Part shown: piece by piece, positions 40,041-52,400 of the stretch
Layout: each line of letters begins with the position of its first letter
Position numbering within the stretch: position 1 is the first letter of the stretch
Source: Vicugna vicugna
Taxonomy: Eukaryota
Assembly: GCA_013265495.1 (NCBI GenBank)
Contig: MU057560.1
Coordinates: 1,376,753 to 1,440,752 of the forward strand
Length of the DNA stretch: 64,000 bases
Direction: 5' to 3'
Notes under the pieces: model-generated
Databases searched by the model: none
Seen by the model: the letters and a program-made list of their open reading frames with translations, nothing else
What the model was told of the DNA's origin: nothing
Program-made: the position numbers and the translations under genes

Positions 40041-40349
40041 CATTCTGGGGGCACATGGATGGCGTCAGCACAAACCTAGGGAAGTAAAATCGGACAGAGG
40101 TCTTTTGCGGCACATTTTACAGCTCCATGGAAACAAGGCGTGATCTCCTGGCAGACAGGCCGGCAGACGTTGCAGGCTGTGACCTAGCCATAAAGAGTTT
40201 TGAAGGCCATCAATAAACCACTCCCTAATAACCTTCCCAAAGGGCAGAGCGCAACACAGCTGGCTATGTTTAGGGTAAAGTCATCATAAAAGAATGTGCT
40301 TAATCAGAGTTAAGTTGGAAAAGATTGGTGTAACAGTTCCAATGATCAA
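40041..40349 (-). pseudogene. Pseudogene A exon (GREB1 N-terminal domain-like)
   Basis: ctatag acceptor, gtaaga donor, 309 nt, phase 2-2. Reads SLELLHQSF...CAAKDLCPILLP*VCADAIHVPPE with several in-frame stops. Confidence 0.7.
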
Positions 40350-40778
40350 CTATAGATGTTAACAAAACACTTTAAACCATATTTGTATGGACATACGTGT
40401 GGACCATTGAGTCCCCAGCAGCTGTGAAGTACTGTTATTTACAACAACAGCAACAAAATAACACCTGAATGAGCTCTCGGGTCACTGGAAAAGAGGTCTG
40501 GTTTTGCCAGATAAGTTCTTTCCTTTACATGTGACTTCATGGGTATGAACCTCAGTTTCTAAGCTTCAATTTTATATGAAATGGTGGCTGTCTCATTTTA
40601 CTGTTGAGAGTATTAACTGAAAAAAAATCTGTTTGAAAAGTATTTTAAGTTGTACACATATTTACCATCGTTTTAAACCATTTACGTAATCATAGATTAT
40701 TTATTTATTTGTCTTTATTTACCAGAGCATCTCACTGTAAGAAACACGTGAAACATTTGTCTTTAGTGAAGTTCTTAC

Positions 40779-41028
40779 TTGCCGGAATAATTACATGGAC
40801 AGAGGGCTGGCAACGAATGAAGGGTGTTTATTTCCGTACGTCTGCCTAGTGCTCCAACATGTCGTGAGTAGCTCGATAAGAAGTAACTCAGAAACAGGAA
40901 CAGTGGCGTGTAAAATATAAACTATGCGACGCTGATGGCGCTTTATTCCTACCTGCGTAAGTCTCACCACACCAGAGAACGTTCCCCGTGTGCTTGGTCT
41001 CAGTTTCTGTACCATAGGTCCATTTTGA
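40779..41028 (-). pseudogene. Pseudogene A exon containing the relic start codon (ATG at 40796)
   Basis: Acceptor ...gaattag, donor gtaaga. ATG-T-AAT-TAT-TCC-GGC-AA would read MGNYSGN if 2 nt are restored (GREB1 begins MGNSYAGQ); as it stands it reads ATG TAA. Confidence 0.55.
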
Positions 41029-41559
41029 CTAATTCACAGTAAAATGAAAGTAAAACAGGTTAAATTCAATGAAGTACAGCATTTGTAAGAGGTCAATATT
41101 CATTTGTCTTTTTTAATGGACTGAAATTTCTAATTCTTTCTGATTAAACCAGAGAAATCAGAACACTTGAAACTCGCTAAAGACAAATACCACCAGTGGT
41201 CGATCAGTCTGCACCCGTCCAGGTGTGTCGTCAGGATGGTGGCGTATTTAGGGATAATGACTCAAGAAGGAAATTACAGGACTGAAGACGCTTAGACTGG
41301 AAAGAGAAGTCTCAGGACTGGGGAAAGTGTGCTCCAGAGAGGGAAAGCGTGTGGGTTCAGGCGATACACACTCGTTTACAAATACACTAAGGACCCACCT
41401 GCGGAAGAACACTGACAAAAAAGAAAAAGATGGAAGCAATTAGTAAAGATGCAGGAAAATAAATTTGTCTCATTTTAAGTATTTTTCAGGGGATAGAATG
41501 AAATAATGGCGAAGCATGGGGTTTCTGTTTCTAAACGGCAGGTATCAAACTGTAGGGTC

Positions 41560-41720
41560 TTGTAAGTTGAGTGACTTTGGATGAGTTACCTAAGCTCTGC
41601 TTCTGGTTTCCTTACGTGTGAAATAGTGTCAAATGTATTATCTATAAAATATCGGAGAGGATTAGAAAATAAATTGCACATAAAGTGCTGAGCAAAGAGA
41701 CTGACACTAGTAAGTGTCCT
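41560..41720. mobile_element. MIR fragment
   Basis: gtgactttggatgagttacctaagctctgcttctggtttccttacgtgtgaaatag...taaagtgctgagca. Confidence 0.7.
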
Positions 41721-42204
41721 GTAAAACTTGCCTGTAAAATTAGACTTCGGCAAATAGTAAGTTGCCTTTTTTTAATATAAATTATTAAATAAATGCACAT
41801 GGATTACTTTTAAATAAATATTATATCATATATAATACATGTTTTTCAGTAAATAAATATTGATAATAGCATAATATAGTGACATTGTAGAATTTTGAAA
41901 ATATAGAAAAGAAAAATCACTTCTAATCGTACACTATTGTGTGTAGTGCTTTATTCTCACCACCTACATTGAGGTCATAGGGCATATACAATTTTCCACT
42001 GCAGCGTTTGCACTCAACGATAACCTTTCGGGAGCACGACTTCAATGCCTGTGTAGTGCCTCTGAACACAGACGTAACAATGGAAGAGCCATGTTGTTGG
42101 CTATCTTACTGTTGATCATTCTACCATTCTTCCAGTCAGGTTAAGAATATTTGCATCCACGTTTGTAAAAGATACTGTTTTCTTTTTTCTTTGTAATGTC
42201 TTTT

Positions 42205-42317
42205 GAGGGGGAGGTGATTAAGTTTATTTGTTTATTTTGATGGCAGTGCTGGGGATCGAACCCCCAGCCTCATGCGTGCTAAGCGTCCACTTTACCACCG
42301 AGCGACGCACTGCCCCC
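42205..42317 (-). mobile_element. Vic-1-type tRNA-derived SINE (camelid)
   Basis: Reverse strand reads ...gctcggtggtaaagtggacgcttagcacgcatgaggctgggggttcgatccccagc...aataaacaaataaacttaatcacctccccc; TSD-like ctttgtaatgtct / ctttgtgacgtct. Confidence 0.85.
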
Positions 42318-45300
42318 TTTGTGACGTCTCCATCTGGTCTGAGTGTCGAGGGAACGCTGAATCTATGTAAGTAGTATGAGATTATCCCCTCCTATCCATT
42401 TTCTGTGATGGTTAGGGTAGAGTCTGTAGTCTTTTCTGAATATTTGGTTGAATATCAGTGACACCGGATGCGTGTCTGAAATTTTTTTAGTGGAAAATGT
42501 TTAACTACATTTTTAATGATTAAATGCATGCCGACACTTTAGTTAATCTGTTCTTTTTGGTGTTTTGTTTTGTTTTAGAGAAAGCTTTGGTAGTTTGTTT
42601 CTTTCAAGGAATTACTCCATTTTATCTAAGGTATTAAATTTATTAGCATAAAGTTCTTGTTCATAATATTCATTTATTACTCTTTTAACATCTGTAGAAC
42701 TTATGTGCGTCCTCTTTTACTCCTGATATTGACTCTTAGGTTTATACTGCTTTTGTCTTACAAGGCTAGCTAAAAGCTTATCAATATTAATAAACTTGCA
42801 AAATAACCAAATTTGGTTTCATTGTTTTCATCACTTGCTTTTACTTTTGAATTTCACTGATTTTTGCACTTACTCTTTTCATCTCCTGCTTATTTTGAGT
42901 TTAATTTCCTCTTCTTTTTCCAATTTCTTAAGTTGGAAGCTGAAGTCATTAAGTCCTTTAGTGTGACAAATTTCTAATTAAACGCATTTAGCCCCTTATG
43001 ACAGTTTTTGATACGTGAGTTTCTATTTTTAGTTTTTTAAAAACATTTTCTGATTGCTTCATTGGCCCACATGTTATTTGGAAATGTGCTTTTAGTTTCT
43101 GAAAATTTGGGAGTTTTCCAGATATCTTTCTATCATCAATTTCTGACAATTCTATTGTTTATTATTTATTTAAACAAGTAAATAAAATCCATATGATTTG
43201 AATCCATTTACGTTTACTGAGACTTGTTTTATGACCCAAAATGTAATATATCTTTGTGTAAACTTGAAAAGATTGTATCTTCTGGGTTGGGTTTGATGTT
43301 CTATAGATGTCTAGGAAGTCAGTTTGATTAATGATGCTGCTCAGATCTTCAATATCCTTAACAAATTTCTATTTCATTCTTTTGTCAACTAATGAGACAG
43401 GGATGTGGATGCATGCACTTTGTATCTTGTTATAAGATGCATAATAATTTATAACACTATGTCTTCCTGGTGAAATAACCCTGTTATCCTTAGGAAATGA
43501 CCACCCCAAATAAGAGTTTTTTGTTCTAAAGTATATTTTGATTAATATAGTAACTCAAGTTTTATTTAGATCCAGATTAGTTTAAATCTTTTCTTCCATC
43601 CTTTTATTTCAGCCTATATTTTATTTCAACCTTTATATTTATTATGAGATTCCTATAGACAATATTTACTTGAGTCTTGCTTTTTTCCGAAAGACACCAG
43701 ATAACCTTTCCCTTTTAAACAGGTTGCTTAGAATATCTACACTTAACACGGTTACTTGTGTGTGGTGTCCACATCTACTACTCTTATATTTATGTTCTAC
43801 TTTTTCCCACCATCCCTTTTACCTTTTGTTGCCCTTTATTTTTCTTTCTACTTTTGGATTAATTAAAATTTTTATGACATCACTTTACCCACGCTAGTGG
43901 CTTGTTTTCTTATATGTGTGTATGTGTAACTTATTTATACTTTATTGGCTTCTTACAGACAATTGATTGTTTCTCCTGTTAGTTGCTTTAAGATTGCTAA
44001 AGACATATTTTACTCAACTGAGTTAACCTCTATTCACTGTTTCATAATGTTCCGTACTGTGTAAGAACTTTATAAAAAACATAGTTCTGTTCTCACCAAA
44101 CCAGCTCTCTATTGCATTGTGTCCAATAAAAAATCTGCTGTCATTCTTTGTTTGTTTTTTTATGTGATGAACCTCTTTTATTTCTAGAAGCTTGTACAGT
44201 TCCTTTCTTTATCACTGGTGTTAAGCAGTTTGAACAAGCAGTGTCCTGATACGGTTTCCTTTTTATTTCTTGTGTTTGGGATTTGTTGAGTCTTAGACTA
44301 TGGGTTTACAGCTTGAACCCTATTTGAAGAGTTTTTAACTATTATTACTTTAAACATATTTTGCTACTTCCTCCATTTATTCCTCTGAGGTGATTCCCAT
44401 TACGCATCTATTTTGTGTCATGTAGCTGCAGCTCCTTTTACTCCATGCACCTTTCCTTTCAGTCTTTTTTTCTCTTTTTGGATATGTCCTATTTCTATGT
44501 CTTCACATTCATTACTCTTTTCTTTTGCAGTGTCTAATCTGATATTAATCCATTCAGCATGTCTTATCTCAGGCATTTTTTTTTTTTTAGTCAATAAGTT
44601 TAATTTGGATCTTTTATAAATCCTCCACATTTCGAACTAATATACTCAGTATTTCCTCTACTTCTTTATACAAATATAAAAATATAGTTATAATAGCTTT
44701 TAAAATGTCTTCACCTCTAGTTCCTTCATCTATAATGTCTCTGAGTCTGTGTTTATTGGTTGATTTTTCTCTTCAACACAGGCTGTACTTTCTGCACAGT
44801 TGGATTCCTGGTATCTGTGATGAGATGCCATGCACTCTGACTTTTACCCTATTGTGTGCTATATGGTTTTGTACTCCTGTAAGTACTTCTGAGCTTTGTT
44901 ATAAAACATAGCTACTTTTAAACAGGGATTCATTTCAATCTTTTTTAATACTTTTTATTACATTATGTTGGACCACTGCAGCATTCCGTCTAGAGATAAT
45001 TCTTCATCACTAGTGAGGCAGGATGCTTCTGTGTAGACCACCCAATGCCCTGTGCATTAGGAGGCTGTCCAGTCTGCCTGGTGGGAACAGGCACTGTGCA
45101 GTCACCAAGAGCTGTAATTCCTGTGGTTGCAGTATAATTATTATTTTTTATTACCTCAGATAGCGCTCTCACATTCCTGCTCTGATCAGTACTGAACTGA
45201 ATACATGGAGTGAACCCTCTCAGATCCCTAGAACTCTTTGTGTAGCCTTCTCCTCTCCAGTCCTCTGCCTATAAATTAACAGCTTTGGTCTTTTTTGACC

Positions 45301-45692
45301 TCTAGCTCTCTCTCTTCAACTCGGAAAGACCAAGATGCCCTGATTAGGGAACACCTCCCTGCAATGACACCTGGCCCCTCTCCAGGGACAGATTTGGGAT
45401 TATTGTAGAACTCATCATGCTTTGTTTTCCATCTCTCAGGGATCCTTCTCTGGTCTACAATGGCTACAAACTATAGTTTCACATAGTTTGCAAATTTTTA
45501 GTTGTTTCAGGTAGTGGGGTAAATCTGGTCCCTTTTTTTTCCCCCGGAATCCAAGGAACTACAAAATTCCTTTGCATGGGTTTATTTAGTTTTCTTATTT
45601 CAAATACATTTGCTTTTATTTTTTTAAATTTATATACACATTTAATACTCTAAACATTCAACTTATTATTACATTATCTGTATTGAGTAGAT

Positions 45693-45885
45693 CAGGGTTC
45701 AGCAAATATTTTTCTGTAAAAGTAAAGTTGATAAATATTTTAGGGTTTATGTGCCTCATGATCAATGTTGCAATTTCTCATCTCAGCCACAGTGAGACAA
45801 AATCAGCTATTCGTAGTACATGAACAAATGGGTGTTGCTGTGTTCCAATAAAACTTTATTTACAAGCAGGCAGTGGTCTGGTTTA
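45693..45885 (+). mobile_element. MER58A-like hAT-Charlie MITE
   Basis: cagggttcagcaaatatttttctgtaaa...gctgtgttccaataaaactttatttacaa. Confidence 0.85.
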
Positions 45886-48799
45886 ACAAAACTAGTGTAA
45901 TAACTCCTTCCATAAATAATCATGTCTGGTATTCAGTTTCATCACACCAATGAAGCGTTCTAATGTTGCTGTAGTTTTCCCTCTTGTCCTAACGGTTTAA
46001 ATACGTTGCTGCTTTTGTTATTCTTGCTGAGCTCCAGTGGTTTTGCACTGTGGGTGGAGCATGCTGTTTGCATGACTTGTATTATTTGCTGTTTATTGGA
46101 GTTTTCTTGGTGGCCTAAGGTACAGCTACTTTTTAATTGTCTCACGAACATTTGTGGAAAAATTATGTTTTAGTATTGGAGTTCAGAGTTCAATATATGA
46201 TGATTGTATGATTTTCTTTTTTATTATTTTCTTTTTTATCATTAATTTTAGCACTTGATCTGCTTGAGATTGGTAGAGATTTGTTAATGCTAGTCATAGC
46301 ACGATTCTACCCTTCCTCACATCTCTTGAACTTCAACCTTATAAAGGCTGTTTTATTTGGTGCATAATTTTAATAATTGTTACAGAAGTGTTTTGCATGA
46401 TTGCATTTAACATCTTTGAGTGTCCTTTTTTATCTCTGCTAGTGCTTTTTTGATCTGAGATGTCACATCTGATGGTACTAGGTATCTAAGTCATGGCTCC
46501 TGCTTTGCTTTTTCTTACTTAACTAGTATATGCGATCCTCACCCATAAATTTTACATTTAGTCTTTTGATCTCTTTTATTTGGGTTTATTCCTTTCAAAA
46601 GACTTTGGTTACAATTTGCTTTTTTAGCAACCTGAAAGTCTTTTATTGTAATTATATTTGATTTCTTTTTTAAATGTATAATTTTTGACATTTAGTAAAT
46701 GTTGCATTTTTTTCCCTGACATTTCTTTTGATCTAATAGCTTTCTGTAATACCTTCAGTAGCCTCTTTCCCTTGGAACTGTCTATTGCTTTTCTACTATT
46801 ATCATTTTTTCAAATGTCCAGTAACAACTTCTCACTTTCTCCTCCCCTTTTCCTCTAACAGCCAAATTGAAGAAATAATATTTCACCCGATTAATTCTTA
46901 TTGGGTAATCAATGCTGTATATATTTTCTGTGTCACTACACTCTCTGTATTCAACCATGTTTTGATAGTTGTACCATATCTGTATTTTCTGGTCTTAGAT
47001 TTATGCTTTTTGTTTTGTTTTGTTTTCCACCTTGTCTGTAATCTTTATTTTTGAAGGCCAGTTTGGCTTATATTTTCTTTCCCTGATTATGTTAATAATA
47101 GTACTCTAATGTCTGAAGGCACACATCATTACTGCCCAAAATTGAGATGTCAGTCTGATTCCCTGCCTTTTTAAGTGACTTGGTATTTTTGCTTAAGATT
47201 TTCAGAAGATTAATAAAATAATATTATGAATTAATAATTAGTCATGCAGGTATATATTTAAAATATAATAATATTATAAATTAAAAATTAGCTCTGTCTA
47301 TTGTAGGCTGATTTTCCTCAGACAGTCTCTCGGTTCTTTCATCTTATGGTTTCAAGTCTTTCATTTCAGGAAAGTTTTCTTAAATTATTGAGTTATTTCT
47401 TGAATTATTGCTTTTATTTTCTTCCTCATTGACTTCTATAGATAGAGAGAGAGATTAAATCTCTCCTGGCTTTTTCTAAATCTCTCTCTCTCAAAAAGTG
47501 TTTTTCTTAATGTTTTTCTGCATTGAAATCTTTTTCTTTACATCTTTTGTCTATCAAGGCATAGCCAATGCTGTTCACCTACTTGTTTACATGGTCTTGA
47601 CCTCCTCTGTGTGTAATATTTATTTCTGAAATGGTTATTTTATTTATAATCCTTCATTTATAATTCTTCTCTAATGGCAAATCTTCTTGGTCCCATCACT
47701 CGAGTTTTGCAAGTTCTAAATGTCGTATTTGCATGGCTTCTACCATTTTCTTCAGTTCATTTTGGTATATTGGGTTATACGTTTCATCTGTTTTGTCCAC
47801 ACGCCTTTCTGACATGATTTAGTTCCTCTGAAGACATTATTTTGCTAGCTCATTTTTTTCAACTTTATTTTATAATAACTTTGTGTAGGATTTGACCAAA
47901 ATCCATTTCTCTTCTCAAGTTTAATTTTAATTTTGATTGATTTTCCTGTGCTCTCAAAAGGTGTGGGTGCCAAACAACACTTGTAGTTTCACGGCTCTAA
48001 ACTCTATTTTCTCTTGTTATCATCAAAATCATGAAATGTTAAAAAGATTATGGTGTCCTTCTATTAGAGATCAACTGGCTTGGTTTCTTTGATTGTTTGT
48101 TTATTTTTTCCCCCTAAATGGACCCTCCCTTCCCTTGGTACCAACTGACTCTGATGAATCAGTCTTGTTCTACTAGGGCCAGGCTTTTCCTTGGAAAGAA
48201 ACTGTGGTCAGTTCATTTTGATGATTCATGAGTTCCAGAATCTTCCAACACTGTCCAGCCTCCCATGTATCCACTCGAGTAAATGGAGCCTAAAAGTACC
48301 CTCCCAATTTTAGCCTCTGCACTCAGGATGTGTCATTGACATTTCCACTGAGTGATGGTAGTGAGTTTTGAATGTTCTTTTTCTCATTGATTTCAAAATT
48401 CCCTTTACCCTGATGCAGAAAACTTTACTAGTCCCTTTCTTTCAATATTAACACCCATGAACTCTATTTGCTATTGAAACATCTCTAGTGCCTATAAGTA
48501 GTTTTGTCTCTGTGTGTTTTAATATTTTTCCAGAGTTTAAAGTTGTTACCTATTTGCTTATTTCTTACAAACTATTGCACCATTATGAAAGCAAAGGCAC
48601 TACATTTTAAAGTAAATGCTATTTCTTTTTAATTATGGGAAGTTATTAGATTAAATTTCCTTTTTGATTATTATTTCTTATGGGAAGGAAAAATAGTTTC
48701 CTGAAATAAAAACTCAAGTAGATGGAAAAATTGTGAAGAACAACTCACCACAGAGTCCTTGAAGTGATAACAACAATTTTTCTGTTAATTGGATTCTGT

Positions 48800-49130
48800 T
48801 GAATTTAAATATTTATTGAATATTTGCTCTGTTCTTTTTGTCAGGTGTTGCACTAGCTGAGGATACAGAGGTGAATAAGATTTGGCTGTGTCTTCAAGGA
48901 GCGCACATCTTGTGTGTATATCAGACGCACACAGAGGTAACTCTAGTACACGTCACAGTATGTGTTACGCCGTGGACATTTAGAAGGCAGAGGGTGTAGT
49001 CTTCACCAGAATAATAATGTCAGCATTCACAAAGTGGGTGATACGTGATCTGGGCCCTGCAGACAATGCTGGATTGGAAGACTGAAAGAAGTATTCAGTC
49101 TGAAGATGGATCATGAGCAGGCACAAATAT
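48800..49130. mobile_element. L2 3' fragment
   Basis: aaatatttattgaatattt...ctagctgaggatacagaggtgaataaga...cttcaaggagcgcacatct. Confidence 0.65.
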
Positions 49131-51549
49131 CTAAATAAAGTCATGATAATACCCAAACCCACCAAATGAGGAGACGTCAGGTAAACACGGAATCCGAAAG
49201 CCATGACTTTCTGTTTTGCAGTTGACCTTGAAGGAGTTACAATAACTTTCTGAGTCGTAGTTAGCCTCATTTTGAGATTTTATAATAATACCTATGTCTC
49301 AGCATTGCTGTGAAGATTAAGTGAAAGCATGTGAACATGACAGAGACTAAGTCTTCGAGCCAGATGTAAGTCCGTATCCCCACCACCCTCACGCAGATGC
49401 ACACACCTGCACACACACGTACATGTTACTATGGGAAAAGCAGCTGCAAATATTACTGTGTTTATGGTTGTTACTTCAGATGTCACACAACTCTAGCCCC
49501 CCCATCTCTGGAAGCGGAATATACGTCTGGTGATGCATAGTTTTCACAGTCGATCATAAAGTTAGTTTATTAAATGGATGCATTATTCACACGCTGAGTC
49601 ATCCTCTGATGCCCTAAAGCAATAACATAAATTGTCCTTGAGGAAACATTGGTGGAGAGAGCCCTAATCTTAGATGCAACCTCATAGAGCGCTGTGTTCG
49701 CTCATTTTATAGCTCCACCCACACACAATTCTCATTGAGATACTGTCACGGAAGACGAACGCCAGGGAGCCCGGGGAATCTGCGCGGGATTGCATCCTCT
49801 TGCTGAAGCCATGCTGAAGACGCTTTGACAGAGGGCTCATCTCTTTCTTGCTTTAAACATGTCCTTTCCGCAGGTACCCGAGAATACCGTGTAATTTGTA
49901 AAGATAACCGGGATAATGAATGCACACTGTAGTCAGCCATTACCAGTAGTAATTGGTGTACCTTTCATCTCCTGTCAAGCAGGGTGGTTAGGATTAGGAC
50001 CAAAAGGCAGCTATCATCTCTCTCATTTCCTGACTCAGACAAAAGGCAAAAAAAGGTGCCTGCCTGTGCTGATAGGTGTCTGATCAAAGCAGCTGAAAGC
50101 TGTCAGAAGCCAGCCAGCCTCCGCAGCCTGGCTGCTTCCTAATGCAGGCCTGCCTTTGATCTGCCGGCCGTCTAACTGCAGTTCTATTTATGTAAAAAAT
50201 AATCATCTGGGTTGTAACTGAACAGAGGAAAGTGCCATGTGCTATTCTGATGCTGGCTTTGCAGTCTGATAAAGTTAGGAAATGCGGACTGATTCTGTCC
50301 TGAGTGTGCGTGTGTGTGTGTGTTTGTTCAACTCATTCAATAAGACAAAAACTACAATCAAAATACCTTTGAACCTTCATCACATAAATTCACAGTCAGC
50401 AGTAAGCAGAATGCGAGTAGAAAGAAATTATTCTCCTTGGAAGACTGAAAAAAAACCTTAAGTAAAATTGCTACAATATTTGGCATCTGTGTTTTGCCTT
50501 TCAGCAAAATTGACTGGCTGGTTACAGGTTTATGAAAAGGGAACTGGTCTTGGATTTAAAAGATCACAGATCTCAGGCCCGTTACTTTCTGGGCATGTGA
50601 ATTTCCACTCATCACTAACCGCGTACCTGCTCTAGGCCCCTCATCTGGTGTACAGTATGTGAGCACACTCCTGCATGCCAGATACTGCAAACATCAGATG
50701 AAAATGCTGGCACGGGGTTGTTAAAAGCAACAGAGGGAAGTTTTTGGCCAAAGAGCAGACAGACAAGTATGAGTATCACTTAACCTCTCTCGTCCGGGTT
50801 CCGCTGCCACTCTGCATGAACTGAACCAAGTGTCTTCCATCTCTGCAATCAAGATAATTGAATGGGTAAATGAATAAAAGAATGTGAGCAGGAACTCATA
50901 AAACCTGACTTGGAGAACTAAAAAAGCAGGCAGACGAGTTCCAGAAAAACTACATATATGTCTTTATTACTGCGATTACTAGTGATTTATCTGTGCTTAG
51001 CTTCAATATTCAGGCACACAGACACACACACTCACATACATAAACAGGACACAGGTGCTGGCCCGTAGAGATGTCACTAAATACCTGTGACTGTCACCCT
51101 AAGTAAACATGTCTCCACAGTGACCACTTACAGAATACACAACATGGTCTCAAGGAATCCATACCTCGCACAATACCTGAAACACACTTAGCATATAGGA
51201 CACGTTTCTCGAAAAAGCCAATCGTTCTTGCATAATATTCTGGGGATGGAATCTCATATATGACAAAAGATATTTTGTCATAATTATTTGGATTTGTCCC
51301 TTATTGTCCCCTTGAAACTCTGCTCTCCTGGCTGTCACGGAGCTTGAACGCACAGCGCACAGCAGGTCTGCTAAATGCCATGTGTTCGGTCAGTCCCTGC
51401 AGAAGGAGCTCAAACACCCGCAAGAGCCACAACCAGAGGCTGGGGTTCCGGTCAGATCTGCACGGTTAGGGCCGCCAGAGCAGGACTGGGGCTTTGAGGG
51501 CTCAGTTCGGGCAGCCTGGTCAACACTGAAGGAGCTGCTGCAGAAGGCC

Positions 51550-52400
51550 GTCACGGCAGAGAATGTCCGGCTCATCCCGGTGCGTCTCCGAGGCGCGCCG
51601 CCGCCCTCCGCAGGCTGTCCGCGCTTCCCAGCTCAGGAGGGAGCCTGAGGTCAGCGCCGCCCTTCTGGGCCCCGCGCCTTCCCGCCGCGCCCGCCCGGCC
51701 GCGCGGCCCCGCCAGGGACCCCCGCAGAGGGGACGGGGCTGCGCTGGTGGTCGCAGCCTCAGCTCAGCCCCATTTTCTCCTTTGTCCGCGGTGGACAAAG
51801 ACGCCACCGCATCGCTCTTTGAACCCATTTCTGATCTGGTGGGGAGGGAAAGAAAGCCTCTCAGGGACGGGCAGCGGCCCCCGGGCAGGCCCCGGGGAAC
51901 GTGCGGGGCGCCTGCGCCTGCGCCTGCGCGCTGCCCTCGCGTTTGCGCCTGCGCGCTGCCCTCGCGTTTGCGCCTGCGCGCTGCCCTCGCGGCCCCGCCG
52001 CACCGACAGCTCCGCGTCTCCAGCCGCCCACCCGCCCGGCACGTTTTGGGCTCGCAGCCGCTTGCGCATCCTGTTGGTTCTGTTTCTCCGGAGAAACCTG
52101 ACGAACCTACTTCCCTGTGTGTTGAGGGTTTTGTCGCGTAGCTTCCTCTCACGCTCAGCACGCGAGTGGCCTGTCTTTCCTGAGACGCGGCCGCTGGTCC
52201 CCGGGAGAGGCCAGGGGCAGCGGCCGCCCCCAGGCCCTGCGTGGCCGGGCTTCCCAGGCAGCGCCGGGGAGTGTCGCTTGAAGCAGTGCTTCCCGGCTGC
52301 CTGCAAAGAACGGAACGCGGTAAGAAGGAATGAGCAAAACGTATCAAGGAGCAGAGGTGGGCGACGGAGGAGGAAAACCTTGAGCTCACGGCTCCAGCGG
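51550..52400. promoter_or_regulatory. CpG island with NRF1-like motifs; candidate promoter
   Basis: Very GC/CpG-rich, with multiple GCGCCTGCGC motifs (variant of NRF1 TGCGCATGCGCA) and GC-rich boxes. Confidence 0.6.
51919..51991 (+). repeat. 25-bp tandem repeat, about 2.9 perfect copies (TGCGCCTGCGCGCTGCCCTCGCGTT)
   Basis: Units start at 51919, 51944 and 51969, preceded by GCGCCT hexamer repeats. Confidence 0.95.

Larger units (their letters stand above)
31920..41028 (-). pseudogene. Unprocessed multi-exon pseudogene A: divergent GREB1/GREB1L-family paralogue with many stops and frameshifts
   Basis: About 14 blocks bounded by AG/GT on the minus strand, mostly phase-compatible. Translations match recalled GREB1/GREB1L motifs in the correct order: LELLHQSF~FEEVLHNSI; KDL..IHVPPE.LLLFWVK~KDL..MDVPAGFLLVGVK; TWSQT..ILQEL..HTLLVL~TYQQT..VLLEL..HTLFVL; QCP..MPCDAL~QCP..VPCSPL; PQLYGEAEKPHPCAL~PQTYLELEGLPCIL; DIRWSEWLTP~DVAWVSSLRP; HSHLNCSDYTF~HSLNISCSDLLF; RALIFL..RH~RPLFFLTGRH. 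Confidence 0.8.
42130..48500 (-). mobile_element. Large degraded antisense L1 block (several fragments) with nested SINE and MER58
   Basis: Long T-rich, CpG-poor tract with L1 antisense motifs (gaatatttgcatccacgttt; tttgtttctttcaaggaattactccattttatctaag; tttactgagacttgttttatgaccc). Confidence 0.75.

Noticed and set aside
40200..40235. GSGLLMA match to NKPD1, together with REKFSS at ~55330
   Set aside because: The two motifs are in the wrong order and no other KAP-NTPase motifs are present; judged coincidence
31920..41028. Calling this locus GREB1 or GREB1L itself
   Set aside because: True mammalian orthologues are highly similar and span far larger loci; here similarity is limited to motifs and the gene is disabled
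42240..42317. tRNA-like A/B boxes
   Set aside because: Belongs to a SINE (AT-rich tail, TSDs), not a tRNA gene
51919..51991. CRISPR-like direct repeats
   Set aside because: No spacers and a eukaryotic context; simple minisatellite
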